DNA of 32,000 bases from Longivirga aurantiaca (GCF_042660085.1 NZ_JBHSTI010000002.1:360001-392000); one strand, 5' to 3'. Positions 8,841 through 18,050 are shown, counted from the first letter of the stretch. Numbers and translations are program-made. The notes: a model not told the origin generated them from the letters alone.

Positions 8841-9646
8841 CCGTTCCCCAGAGCCCCGAGTCCCTCGCCGTCCTCGCCGACGGCTCCCTCTCCGGCCGGA
8901 CGGCCCTCGTCACCGGCGGTGGCAGCGGCATCGGACGAGCGAGCGCCCTGCTCCTCGCCCGGATGGGCGCGCGCGTCTGCGTGGTGGGGCGCACGGCCGA
9001 CAAGCTCGACGAGACGGTGGCGCTCTCGACGGCGGCCGGGCACCCCGAGCCGATGAGCACCGCGGTCTGCGACGTCCGCGAGCCCGAGCAGGTCGACGTC
9101 GTGCTCGACGCCGTCCTCGCCGACCTCGGACGCATCGACATCCTGCTGAACAACGCGGGGGGCCAGTTCGTGTCTCCGGCAGAGTCGTTGTCGCACAAGG
9201 GGTTCCGCGCGGTGACGCGGCTCAACCTCGATGCCACGTGGTACATGACGGCCCGTGTGGCCGAGCGCTCGATGCTGCCGAACGGCTACGGCAAGGTCAT
9301 CAGCATCACGATGTCCCCGCACCGGGGCACGCCGGGGATGGCGCACTCCTCGGCCGCGCGCGCGGCGGTGGAGTCGCTCACCCGCACCCTCTCGGTCGAG
9401 TGGGGTCCGCGCGGCGTCCGTGTCGTGGCGATCGCCCCGGGCTTCGTGCACACCGACGCGATCGCGAAGTACGGCATCGACACCTCGGTGCTCTCGAGCA
9501 TCGTGCCGCTGCCGCGCATGCAGAGCGCCGACGAGGTGGCCGCGCTGGTCGGCTTCCTCGCCTCGCCCGCCGGCGACTACATCACCGGCACGACGATCAC
9601 CGCCGACGGCGGTCTCGACAACGCCGGACCCGGCATCCTCGGCTGA
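8837..9646 (+). CDS. Short-chain dehydrogenase/reductase (enoyl/dienoyl-CoA reductase-like)
   Basis: SGRTALVTGGGSGIGRASALLLARMGARVCVVGR, LLNNAGGQF, APGFVHTDAI, ITGTTITADGG; GTG start at 8837. Confidence 0.92.
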   Translation: MTVPQSPESLAVLADGSLSGRTALVTGGGSGIGRASALLLARMGARVCVVGRTADKLDETVALSTAAGHPEPMSTAVCDVREPEQVDVVLDAVLADLGRIDILLNNAGGQFVSPAESLSHKGFRAVTRLNLDATWYMTARVAERSMLPNGYGKVISITMSPHRGTPGMAHSSAARAAVESLTRTLSVEWGPRGVRVVAIAPGFVHTDAIAKYGIDTSVLSSIVPLPRMQSADEVAALVGFLASPAGDYITGTTITADGGLDNAGPGILG

Positions 9647-9656
9647 TTCGGAGCTT

Positions 9657-10904
9657 TCAGCCGCGGTCGAGGGCGAGGCGCAGGGGTACGTCGGCGAAGC
9701 CGTGCTGGTCGGGTGCCACGGCGAGCACCTGGTGCAGCTGGATCATGTTGCGGTGGAAGCCCATCTGCGACGCCGCGAGGTACAGCTTCCACACCCGGGC
9801 CTTGCCCATCCCTACCTCGGCGACCGCCTCGTCCCAATGCTCCTCGAGGTTCCGGAGCCAGTCGGCGAGGGTCAATGCGTAGTGCTCGCGCAGGTTCTCC
9901 TCGTGCCGCACCTCGAACCCCTGGTCCTCCATGGCCGACACGATGCGCCCGATGGGCACGACCTCGCCGTCCGGGAACACGTACCGGTTGATGAAGCCGT
10001 TCTTGTAGTGCGTCCGCGAGCCCGTGTCGGTGCGCGTGATGCAGTGGTTGAGCAGCCGGCCGGTCGGGTTGAGCCGTGACCTCAGGAAGCCGAAGTACGC
10101 CGGGTAGTGGGCAAGGCCGATGTGCTCGGTGAGCCCGATCGAGGAGATCGCGTCGAAGCCGGTCTCCGGCACGTCGCGGTAGTCCTGGTGCCGCACCTCG
10201 GCGAGGTGCCCGAGGCCGTCGGCCTGGATCGCCTCGCGCGCCCACTGCGCCTGCTGCTCGGACAGCGTGACGCCGATCGCCTTGACGCCGTAGTGCTTCG
10301 TGGCATGCCGCACGAGGCCGCCCCATCCGCAGCCCACGTCGAGCAGCCGGTCGCCGCGCTGCAGCCCGAGCTTGCGGCAGACGAGGTCGAACTTCTCCTC
10401 CTGCGCCTCCTCGAGCGTCGCGTCGGCCTTCGGGTAGACGGCGCACGTGTAGGCCATCGACGGGCCGAGCACCCATCGGTAGAACGTGTTGCTCACGTCG
10501 TAGTGGTGGCTGATGGCGTCGGCGTCGCGCCGCTTGGAGTGCCGCGACCCCCCGAGCCGCACCTCCTCCGGCGGCGGCGGCTCGCGGCGGAGCGCGAAGG
10601 GAGCGAGCGCGCGGTACAGCCGCAGCTTCTCGGAGCCGGTCGGCTCCGTCACACCGAGCCGGGCCAGCCGGTCGAGCGCCGTGAACAGGTCGCCGTGCAC
10701 CTCGAGCTCGCCGGCGACGTATGCGCGGGCGAGGCCGAGCTGTCCTGGGGCCGACATGAGGAGCGCCACCGCGCGCGGCGATCGGATGTCCAGGCGCACG
10801 TCGCAGTCGATCGGTCCGTGCCTGCTGCCGTCGTACGCCGTCAGCGCGACGTCGACGTCGTCCCCCACCACCAGCGACACCATGTCTGCCAGCTTCATCG
10901 CCAT
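9657..10904 (-). CDS. tmsB: Cyclopropane-fatty-acyl-phospholipid synthase family SAM methyltransferase; probable TmsB/BfaB-type
   Basis: ISHHYDVSNTFYRWVLGPSMAYTCAVYPKADATLEEAQEEKFDLVCRKLGLQRGDRLLDVGCGWGGLVRHA; adjacent to an FAD oxidoreductase gene. Symbol is by context. Confidence 0.85.
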   Translation of the reverse strand: MAMKLADMVSLVVGDDVDVALTAYDGSRHGPIDCDVRLDIRSPRAVALLMSAPGQLGLARAYVAGELEVHGDLFTALDRLARLGVTEPTGSEKLRLYRALAPFALRREPPPPEEVRLGGSRHSKRRDADAISHHYDVSNTFYRWVLGPSMAYTCAVYPKADATLEEAQEEKFDLVCRKLGLQRGDRLLDVGCGWGGLVRHATKHYGVKAIGVTLSEQQAQWAREAIQADGLGHLAEVRHQDYRDVPETGFDAISSIGLTEHIGLAHYPAYFGFLRSRLNPTGRLLNHCITRTDTGSRTHYKNGFINRYVFPDGEVVPIGRIVSAMEDQGFEVRHEENLREHYALTLADWLRNLEEHWDEAVAEVGMGKARVWKLYLAASQMGFHRNMIQLHQVLAVAPDQHGFADVPLRLALDRG

Positions 10905-10938
10905 CGCTCGCCCCTTCGCCCGCGCTCCTTCGCGCGAT

Positions 10939-12336
10939 CTAGCCCCGACCCACGGTCTTGGTCCACATGTCCGGGAGCCTGCCTCCCGGGTCGTACGTCG
11001 CGCGGAGCCCGGAGTAGGCGTCCCCGCCGTAGATCCGCGCAAACTCCTCGGGCGGGTAGAACGCCGTCGAGTAGAGCGACTTCTTCCCGCCCAGCTCGGT
11101 GACGACCCGCTCGATCCGCCGGTTGACCCGGCCCTCGGCCGGCGTGACGCCCTCGGGAAGCGGAACGGTCGACCAGAAGCCGACGTTGACATACGTGACC
11201 GACGGGTCGAGCTCGTAGAGCGACCACGTCGCACCGGGATCGCGCTGGCGCAGCGGACACACCCACACCGGCTCGATGCCCACCTCGCGGTGGAAGAAGT
11301 CGAGGAACTCCGACAGCGCCCCGACCGGCACCTCGACGTCCTGCACCACCTGCTCGCGCGCGGGGCGACGCCGCGCGGAGTCGAGCCGCGCGGAGAACGA
11401 CGTACGCCGGTCGAGCGCCACGAGCTTCCAGTAGACGTCCGAACGCAGCTTGGACGTGGGCCACAGGCGGCGCACGAGGGGCTTCTGCACCCCGAACGCC
11501 CGGGAGCACCAGAACCAGTCGGTGTCCCAGCGCCACAGGTAGTCGTGCGTGGTCAGCAGATCGGTGCGGCGCTGCTGGATCGAGCGGTAGTAGATGTGCT
11601 CGCCGGTGTAGTCGCTCGGGGCGCGGCTCGCGGTCTCGGCGTACGTCGCCAGCGTCAGGTACGACTCGGTCGCCGAGAACACCGTGCCGTCGACGTAGTC
11701 GACCCTGGTGCCGTCGTACGAGCCGGACGCCGTGATGTCGGAGATGGCCGTCGCGAGCGATGCGGCGTCGCCGCAGGGCACGTGCCGCAGCGCCATGAAC
11801 GGCGTGACGGGCTCGAGCTCGATCCGCAGGCGCAGCGCGTAGCCGAGCGAGCCGTACGAGTTCGGGAAGCCGTGGAACAGCGCGGAGTGCTCGTTGTCGA
11901 GGGTCGCGGTCACGACGCGCCCGTCGCCGGTGAGCACGTCGAGGTCGAGCACCGACTCGTGCGGGCAGCCGTTGCGCCACGACGCGCTCTCGATCCCGAG
12001 CCCGGTGACCGCGCCGCCGAGCGTGATCGTGCGCAGCTGCGGCACGCACAGCGGCACGAGGCCGTGCGGCAGGGTCGCCGCCACCAGCTCCTCGTACGTC
12101 GTCATGCCGAGGACATCGGCCGTGCGCGCCTCGACGTCGACCTCCAGCACTCCGCGGAAGGCCGCGACGTCGAGCCCCGGCGTGCCGGTCGCCGATCGGG
12201 CGCGGAAGAGGTTGGACGTGGTCTTGGCCAGCCGCACGGGCGCCCCGGCCGGGAGCGCGCGGTACTGCCCCACCAGTGCGTCGACGGCCCGGTCGTACGC
12301 GCTGCGGGTCACGGTCGGTGTGACGGTGAGAGCCAC
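10939..12336 (-). CDS. tmsA: FAD-binding oxidoreductase (DHCR24-like); probable TmsA/BfaA-type
   Basis: PQLRTITLGGAVTGLGIESASWRNGCPHESVLDLDVLTGDGRVVTA...FHGFPNSYGSLGYALRLRIELEPV (FAD_binding_4-like), 35 bp or less upstream of the methyltransferase gene. Confidence 0.83.
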   Translation of the reverse strand: MALTVTPTVTRSAYDRAVDALVGQYRALPAGAPVRLAKTTSNLFRARSATGTPGLDVAAFRGVLEVDVEARTADVLGMTTYEELVAATLPHGLVPLCVPQLRTITLGGAVTGLGIESASWRNGCPHESVLDLDVLTGDGRVVTATLDNEHSALFHGFPNSYGSLGYALRLRIELEPVTPFMALRHVPCGDAASLATAISDITASGSYDGTRVDYVDGTVFSATESYLTLATYAETASRAPSDYTGEHIYYRSIQQRRTDLLTTHDYLWRWDTDWFWCSRAFGVQKPLVRRLWPTSKLRSDVYWKLVALDRRTSFSARLDSARRRPAREQVVQDVEVPVGALSEFLDFFHREVGIEPVWVCPLRQRDPGATWSLYELDPSVTYVNVGFWSTVPLPEGVTPAEGRVNRRIERVVTELGGKKSLYSTAFYPPEEFARIYGGDAYSGLRATYDPGGRLPDMWTKTVGRG

Positions 12337-12463
12337 GCCTCAGAACCTAGCCCCGAGCCCACGCCGCGGGGCAGGGTTTGTGCCGAGATCGGACACCGCC
12401 GCAGACGACGGCCCGCCGCCCCGGTGGAGGGCGACGGGTCCGGTGATCGGGACGAGGCTGGGA

Positions 12464-13141
12464 TCAGACGCGGCGCAGGAGGCTGAGGCCGGTGCCCTCG
12501 CCGACGCAGGTCTGCAGGACCAGGTCGGCGTTGGTGCTCGGCATGGCCCCGCTCTGGCGGCCGAGGCGCATGTGGTCGTAGACCCGGTACGTGCCCTGCG
12601 CGACGCCGGAGGTGACGACCACGGTCGTGCCGGTCTTCACGAAGGCGAGCCACTGGTAGCCGCAGTAGTTGTGCGCGGCGAGCCACAGCGGGCTGCTGGA
12701 CCAGAGGACGAGCTGGCACTTGTCGATGGCGGCCTGCGACCCGGGGGCGTTGACGTAGCCCTTGATGTAGATCGTCTTAGGCGCCGATGCGGCGGCCCGG
12801 GCTGCCGTGGCCTTCTTCTCGGCGGCTGCCTTCTTCGCAGCTGCAGCAGCCTTGGCTGCGGCGGCCTTCGCGGCGGCTGCCTTCTTCGCGGCCGCTGCCC
12901 TGGCTGCCGCCTCGTCCGCTGCTGCCTGCTCGGCGGTCTGCGCCAGGCCGGCTGCGACCGCGGAGTGGACGAGGGAGGCGGCCGGGGAGACGACGGCGGC
13001 GGCGGTGACCGGGCCGCCGGTCGAGGCGACGACCGCGTCGTCCTGGCCGGCGAAGGCGGCGACCGTGGTGCCGGTGAGCACGAACAGCGCCGTGGCCGTG
13101 GCGAGGGCTGCCGATCGGCGGAGGTGCCGCGTGCGTGTCAT
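12464..13141 (-). CDS. Secreted Ala/Lys-rich protein with a sortase-like C-terminal domain
   Basis: Signal peptide (MTRTRHLRRSAALATATALFVLTGTTVAAFA); Ala/Lys helical linker; C-terminus ...LWLAAHNYCGYQWLAFVKTGTTVVV...YRVYDHMRLG...ADLVLQTCVGEGTGLSLLRRV with His, Cys and Arg in sortase-like order. Confidence 0.65.
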   Translation of the reverse strand: MTRTRHLRRSAALATATALFVLTGTTVAAFAGQDDAVVASTGGPVTAAAVVSPAASLVHSAVAAGLAQTAEQAAADEAAARAAAAKKAAAAKAAAAKAAAAAKKAAAEKKATAARAAASAPKTIYIKGYVNAPGSQAAIDKCQLVLWSSSPLWLAAHNYCGYQWLAFVKTGTTVVVTSGVAQGTYRVYDHMRLGRQSGAMPSTNADLVLQTCVGEGTGLSLLRRV

Positions 13142-13316
13142 GGTCAAGGCATCGGACCATCGGCCGAGCGACTGAACGCCGTTGCTCCATAGGGGTGAAC
13201 ACCAAGAATCACCGTTCGGCCGCTCAAGTCGGCCGACGCCGGGGCCGACGGCCGGCGCCGCAGCGGGAACCACCGACTCCAGGCTCTGCAGCGGTGCTCG
13301 CGCGTAGCGTGGGGTC

Positions 13317-13913
13317 GTGCCCGCCCGGACTGCGTACGCGGCCGTCGTGCTCGACGGCGGCCGCAGCCGACGCATGGGCGGGGTCGACAAGCCCGGGTTG
13401 CGCATCGCCGGCCGGACGCTGCGCGCGCGCGTCGTGGCGGCGGTGTCCGACGCGACGGTGGTGGTGCTCGTGGGGCCGCCGACCCCCGAGGACGCCGAGC
13501 TGCCGCCCAACGCCGTACGCGTGCGCGAGGACCCTCCCCTCGGCGGTCCGCTCGCGGCGCTCGCCGCGGCGCTGCCGCTCGTGGACACCGACCTCGTGGT
13601 GGTGCTGGCCGCCGACCTGGTCGAGGCCGCGGCGCTGCCGGCCGCACTGCTCGCCGCGCTCGCCGGCGATGCGACCGCCGAGGCGGTCGTCGCCGTCGAC
13701 CCGGACGGCCGCCGGCAGTGGCTGGCGGCGGCCTACCGGACCTCCGCCGTGCGCCGGTCGCTCGACGCGCTGCTGGTGCTGGACGGCGTCCAGGACCACC
13801 GTTTCGGCGACCTCGTCGACCTGCTCCGCGTGGTGGACCTGCCGCGGACCGACGTGGAGGACATCGACACCCCGGACGACCTCGCCCGGGTGAGGGAGCG
13901 TCACCCCGAGTGA
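13317..13913 (+). CDS. mobA: Molybdenum cofactor guanylyltransferase-like NTP transferase
   Basis: AYAAVVLDGGRSRRMGGVDKPGLRIAGRTL (LAGGxSRRMGxDK-like), EDPPLGGPLAALAAAL, LAADLV. Confidence 0.87.
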   Translation: MPARTAYAAVVLDGGRSRRMGGVDKPGLRIAGRTLRARVVAAVSDATVVVLVGPPTPEDAELPPNAVRVREDPPLGGPLAALAAALPLVDTDLVVVLAADLVEAAALPAALLAALAGDATAEAVVAVDPDGRRQWLAAAYRTSAVRRSLDALLVLDGVQDHRFGDLVDLLRVVDLPRTDVEDIDTPDDLARVRERHPE

Positions 13914-13924
13914 AGGAGCACACC

Positions 13925-14170
13925 GTGCTGGACGACTGGACCCGCGAGCTGGCTGCTGCGCTCGGTGTCGAGATGACGGCCGAGGTCGACACCGTCCTCG
14001 ACCTCGCCGGCGACGCGGCCCGCGCCGTGCTGCGCCCGGCGGCGCCGGTCACGACCTACCTCGTCGGCTTCGCCGCCGCACGCAACGGCGGAGACGCGGC
14101 TGCGGTCGCCGACGCGGTGGCCACGGCACGGGCGCTCGCGGCGGCCTGGGCCGAGCGGCAGCAGTCCTAG
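13925..14170 (+). CDS. DUF6457-like small protein
   Basis: VLDDWTRELAAALGVEMTAEVDTVLDLAGDAARAVLRPAAPVTTYLVGFAAARNGG, immediately after mobA. A GTG at 13910 is an alternative start. Confidence 0.75.
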   Translation: MLDDWTRELAAALGVEMTAEVDTVLDLAGDAARAVLRPAAPVTTYLVGFAAARNGGDAAAVADAVATARALAAAWAERQQS

Positions 14171-14214
14171 ACTCGCCGCCTGCGGACCGATCGCGGCGAC
14201 CAGGAGGTGGCGGT

Positions 14215-15075
14215 GTGAGCACGGCCGACCTCGGGCACGGCGACGAGCCCCGCGCCCGCACGGGGGCCACCGCGAGCGTGCGCGTGCTGCGGGTGGGCGG
14301 CGCCGCCGCCGGGCCGAGACCCGACTGGGTCGTCGTCGAGGAGCCGTTGCAGGTGCACCTGCGCCATCGCGGCGTCACGGCCCTCCTCGGCTCGACGATG
14401 CGCACCCCGGGTCACGACCGCGAGCTGGGCGTCGGACTGGCGGTGGCCGAGGGCGTCGTGCGCCGCCGGGAGGACGTGCTCGAGGTGCGGCACTGCGCCG
14501 GCGACATGATCCGCTCGGACAACGACGTGATGCTGGTGATCGCCGACGACGTGGGGATCGACGGCGCACGGCTCGGCCGGGTGTCGCACCCGTCGAGCGC
14601 CTGCGGCATGTGCGGTCGGGACCACATCGACGACCTCCTCGCGATGGTGCCGCCCGTCGGCCGCGACGTCGCCGTCAGCGCCGAGGTCCTGCTCTCGCTC
14701 CCCGAGGCGATGTCCGAGCGGCAGACCGTGTTCCGCAAGACCGGCGGGCTGCACGCCGTCGCGCTCGCCACGGCCGACGGCTCGGTGCTGCTCGTCCGGG
14801 AGGACGTGGGACGGCACAACGCCGTCGACAAGGCGGTGGGTGCCGGGCTGCTCGACGGCGTGGTGGCCGACGTGCTCGTGGTGAGCGGACGTGCGGGCTT
14901 CGAGGTGGTGCAGAAGACCGCGATGGCGGGCATCCCCGTGCTCGTCGCGGTGTCGGCGCCGACGTCGCTCGCGGTCGACGCCGCCCGCGACGCCGGCCTC
15001 ACCCTGGCGGCCTTCGTGCGCGGCGACCGGATGACCGTCTACTCGGGCGAGCACCGGATCACGGGGGTCGCCTGA
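14215..15075 (+). CDS. fdhD: Formate dehydrogenase accessory sulfurtransferase FdhD
   Basis: ACGMCGRDHIDDLL, FRKTGGLHAVALA, LVREDVGRHNAVDKAVG, VSGRAGFEVVQKTAMAGIPVLVAVSAPTSLAVDAA. Confidence 0.95.
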   Translation: MSTADLGHGDEPRARTGATASVRVLRVGGAAAGPRPDWVVVEEPLQVHLRHRGVTALLGSTMRTPGHDRELGVGLAVAEGVVRRREDVLEVRHCAGDMIRSDNDVMLVIADDVGIDGARLGRVSHPSSACGMCGRDHIDDLLAMVPPVGRDVAVSAEVLLSLPEAMSERQTVFRKTGGLHAVALATADGSVLLVREDVGRHNAVDKAVGAGLLDGVVADVLVVSGRAGFEVVQKTAMAGIPVLVAVSAPTSLAVDAARDAGLTLAAFVRGDRMTVYSGEHRITGVA

Positions 15076-15078
15076 GGC

Positions 15079-15882
15079 TCAGCCCTGCGCCGCGATCGCC
15101 CTGCCGACCGCACGCATCGCGCCGAGCACGTCGTCGCGCTTCGGGTCGTGGGCCGACGGCGTCCAGGACGCGACCACGGCGTACGCCGTCACCAGCTCGC
15201 CGGACGCGACGATCCCGACGTCCGCGCGCACCCCGGAGTCGGTGCCGGTCTTGCCGAGCAGCCGGATCCCGCGGTCCTCCTCGACGTGCGCGAGCGGGTC
15301 GAGGCCGAGGTCGCCGGGCACCATCGAGAGGTCGACGCCCGAGGCCAGCCAGCGCCTCAGCACCGCCCACTCGAGCGAGTCCTCGGTGGCGAGCAGGGCC
15401 GCGAACCGCGCCAGGTCGAGGGCGCACCCCTGCGACAGCGTGGGCGGGTCGTCGGTGGTGCGGACGTCGCGGACCTGGTCGTGCAGGCGCAGCGTCCCGA
15501 GGCCGAGCGACGGCCCGACCTCGGCGACAGCATCGAGCCCGACGTGCCTCAGCAGGACGTTCGTGGCCAGGTTGTCCGAGACGCTCGCCACGAGGAGCGC
15601 GACGTCCTCCAGCGGCAGCGCGTCGGTGCGCAGGTGCTGCCACAGGCCGGAGTCCGCGACGGAGTCCGCCGGGCCGCGGCGCAGCGGCGTGGAGGGGTCG
15701 AGCCGGCCGTCGGCCAGGCGGCGTGCGGTCTCGAGCAGCAGGAGCAGCTTGCCCACGCTCGCTGTCGGCAGCACGCGGTCCGGGTGGCGGACGGCGAGGA
15801 GCCGTCCGGTGGCGGCGTCGAGCACCACGGCCGACCACGCGACGTCGGCCACCGCGTCCAGCGGGGTCAGGAGATCGTCCAC
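15079..15882 (-). CDS. Class A beta-lactamase-like serine hydrolase
   Basis: Motifs SVGK (SxxK), VSDN (SDN) and LLGKTGTDSG (KTG). A clear omega-loop ExxLN is not seen. No signal peptide with the assigned GTG start. Confidence 0.8.
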   Translation of the reverse strand: MDDLLTPLDAVADVAWSAVVLDAATGRLLAVRHPDRVLPTASVGKLLLLLETARRLADGRLDPSTPLRRGPADSVADSGLWQHLRTDALPLEDVALLVASVSDNLATNVLLRHVGLDAVAEVGPSLGLGTLRLHDQVRDVRTTDDPPTLSQGCALDLARFAALLATEDSLEWAVLRRWLASGVDLSMVPGDLGLDPLAHVEEDRGIRLLGKTGTDSGVRADVGIVASGELVTAYAVVASWTPSAHDPKRDDVLGAMRAVGRAIAAQG

Positions 15883-15949
15883 GCCGAGAGCCTTGCACGT
15901 GCGTGAGCCGGACCGCTGAGGGCGGCTCGGGGACGGTGCTCGCTGGAGC

Positions 15950-16021
15950 GGGGGAGGGGGCGGGTCCTCCCCGGAAAGGGCAGGGCGTTCCCATTCCCGG
16001 GGCGAACCCTCCCCCTCCCCC
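15950..16021. repeat. Long imperfect inverted repeat / G-rich hairpin in a divergent promoter region
   Basis: Arms 15950-15980 and 15990-16021 pair at 27 of 31 aligned positions with one single-base gap and a 9-nt loop. Confidence 0.8.
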
Positions 16022-16237
16022 TCCTCCTTTCGCAGCGGCCCTGAGGCCTTCCCGACGAGGGCCCGGATGGCCCGGTCTCCAGTGCGAGCCGCCCGTCCTC
16101 CCTCCCCAGGGACGAGGCAGCTCGGCCGGCCGACGAGCGGGGCGTGGGGAGGTGCGGCGTTGGGCGCGCTTGGTGCGCCGGGCGCACGTACGCTCGGGCA
16201 CGGCAGAGGATGACGGGCGGCCGGGGAGAGTGCAGCG

Positions 16238-17611
16238 ATGACAGGTCGGCGGACGGTCGGCGCCGTCGACAACATCTGGCTGCGGATGGACCGCCCCGCC
16301 AACCTCATGGTGATCGACTCCGTGATGTGGCTCGACGAGCCGCTCGACCTCGAGCGCTTCCGAGCCGTCGTGCAGCGCCGGATCGTCGACCGGTTCCCTG
16401 TGTTCTCCCAGCGGATCGCGCCGGACACCCTCCCGCTGCTCGCACCGCAGTGGGAGGACGACCCCGAGTTCGACCTCGACCGGCACCTGTTCATGGCGGT
16501 GCTGCCGGAGCCCGCGGGGGAGGCGGAGCTGAAGGCGTTCGTCGAGTCGGTGATGCACGTGCCCCTCGACCGTGCTCACCCGCTCTGGCAGATACACATC
16601 ATCGAGGGGTACGGCGGCGGCGCGGCGGTGGTGAGCAGGTTCCACCACGCGATCGCGGACGGCATCGCGCTCGCGCAGGTGCTCCTGTCGCTCACCGACG
16701 AGGAGCCGGACGGAGACCTCGTGGACGTCAGCCCGGAGCCGCCGCCCAACGCGGGCTGGACGCTGTCCGTCCCCGGCCTCGGCACGGCGCGGAACGCGAT
16801 CAACGAGGCGTCGAAGCTCGTGCGACCGTCGGTCGTGCGCGACGCGTTCACCCTGGTGTCGCAGACGGCGCACATCGCCGACAAGCTGCTGCTCGGGTCG
16901 AACCCGCCCGGGCCGCTCCTCGGGCAGCCGGGGCTCGCCAAGCGGGCGGTGTGGTCGCGTCCGCACCCCATCGCGCAGATCAAGGCCATCGGGCGCTCGA
17001 GCGGCGCCACGGTGAACGACGTGCTCGTGGCCGCAGTGACCGGCGCGCTGGCGTCGTACGTGCTCGACGAGGGTGGGGTCCCCGAGGACCTGACCACGAT
17101 GGTCCCGGTGAACCTGCGGCCGATCGACAAGCCGCTGCCGCGCGAGCTCGGCAACAAGTTCGCCCTCGCCATGCTGCCGATGCCGTTGGCCGAGAGGTCG
17201 CCGCGCGACCGGCTCACGGCCGCCAAGCAGCGGATGGACCGGATCAAGGAGTCGCCCGAGGCGCTCATCACCTTCGGCCTCATCAATGCGATCGGATTGA
17301 CGCACCCCAAGGTGGAGGACCTGCTCGTCGACTTCTTCTCGAGCAAGGCGATCGGCGTCACGACCAACGTGATGGGCCCGCTGCAGGACCGCTACCTCGC
17401 GGGCAGCCGCATCGCCGGCGTCCTCGGGTGGGTGCCGGGCTCGGGCCACCAGACCGTCGGCGTCTGCATCTTCAGCTACAACCAGACCGTGCGCGTCGGG
17501 TTCAAGGTCGACGCGACCGTCGTGCCGGACGCCGACCGGCTCGTCGACGCTTTCGACGCCGAGCTCGACGACCTCCTGGCCATCTCCACCGCAGCGCACC
17601 GAGGAGCGTGA
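16238..17611 (+). CDS. WS/DGAT family wax ester synthase / diacylglycerol acyltransferase
   Basis: VDNIWLRMDRPANLMVIDSVMWLD; catalytic VSRFHHAIADGIAL (HHxxxDG); C-terminal LYNQTVRVGFKVDATVVPDADRLVDAF-like region. Confidence 0.92.
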   Translation: MTGRRTVGAVDNIWLRMDRPANLMVIDSVMWLDEPLDLERFRAVVQRRIVDRFPVFSQRIAPDTLPLLAPQWEDDPEFDLDRHLFMAVLPEPAGEAELKAFVESVMHVPLDRAHPLWQIHIIEGYGGGAAVVSRFHHAIADGIALAQVLLSLTDEEPDGDLVDVSPEPPPNAGWTLSVPGLGTARNAINEASKLVRPSVVRDAFTLVSQTAHIADKLLLGSNPPGPLLGQPGLAKRAVWSRPHPIAQIKAIGRSSGATVNDVLVAAVTGALASYVLDEGGVPEDLTTMVPVNLRPIDKPLPRELGNKFALAMLPMPLAERSPRDRLTAAKQRMDRIKESPEALITFGLINAIGLTHPKVEDLLVDFFSSKAIGVTTNVMGPLQDRYLAGSRIAGVLGWVPGSGHQTVGVCIFSYNQTVRVGFKVDATVVPDADRLVDAFDAELDDLLAISTAAHRGA

Positions 17612-17615
17612 CGCC

Positions 17616-18050
17616 GTGGCGACCGACAACGCCGTGAAGACCGTCCGGATCGAGGCCCCGGCGCAGGACGCGCTGGCCACGATCCGCGCCGTCGAGGGCC
17701 AGGTCGTCTGGGTGCACGAGATCAAGGCCGCGCAGGTGCTCACCCGCGACGACGAGGGTCTGCCGATCACCGCGGCCTTCGCGGCGTCGACGCCGGTGGG
17801 CACCGACGAGTACACGCTCGCGTACACGCACCGTGCCGACGGCATGGACTGGACCCTCGTGCAGGGCAAGCTGCAGACGGGGCAGGAGGCGCACTACACC
17901 GTGGTGCCCGCCGGCGCGGACGCCTGCGACGTGACCTTCGACCTGACCGTGAGCCACAACCTGCCCATCCCGGGGTTCCTGCGGCGCAAGGTCATCGGCG
18001 ACCTCGTCACGAGCACGCTCACCGGTCTGCGGCGTCACCTCGAGGGCTGA
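17616..18050 (+). CDS. SRPBCC-family (polyketide cyclase/START-like) protein
   Basis: 145-codon ORF: MATDNAVKTVRIEAPAQDALATIRAVEGQVVWVHEIKAAQVL...DVTFDLTVSHNLPIPGFLRRKVIGDLVTSTLTGLRRHLEG. Confidence 0.75.
   Translation: MATDNAVKTVRIEAPAQDALATIRAVEGQVVWVHEIKAAQVLTRDDEGLPITAAFAASTPVGTDEYTLAYTHRADGMDWTLVQGKLQTGQEAHYTVVPAGADACDVTFDLTVSHNLPIPGFLRRKVIGDLVTSTLTGLRRHLEG

Noticed and set aside
12800-12960. Repetitive GCC/AAG-rich tract that might look like a DNA repeat array
   Set aside because: It encodes the Ala/Lys-rich linker of the sortase-like protein and has no regular spacer structure, so it is not CRISPR-like.
15059-17869. 936-aa minus-strand ORF across fdhD/beta-lactamase/WS-DGAT
   Set aside because: Arg/His/Pro-rich shadow frame opposite well-supported CDSs with no recognisable domain.
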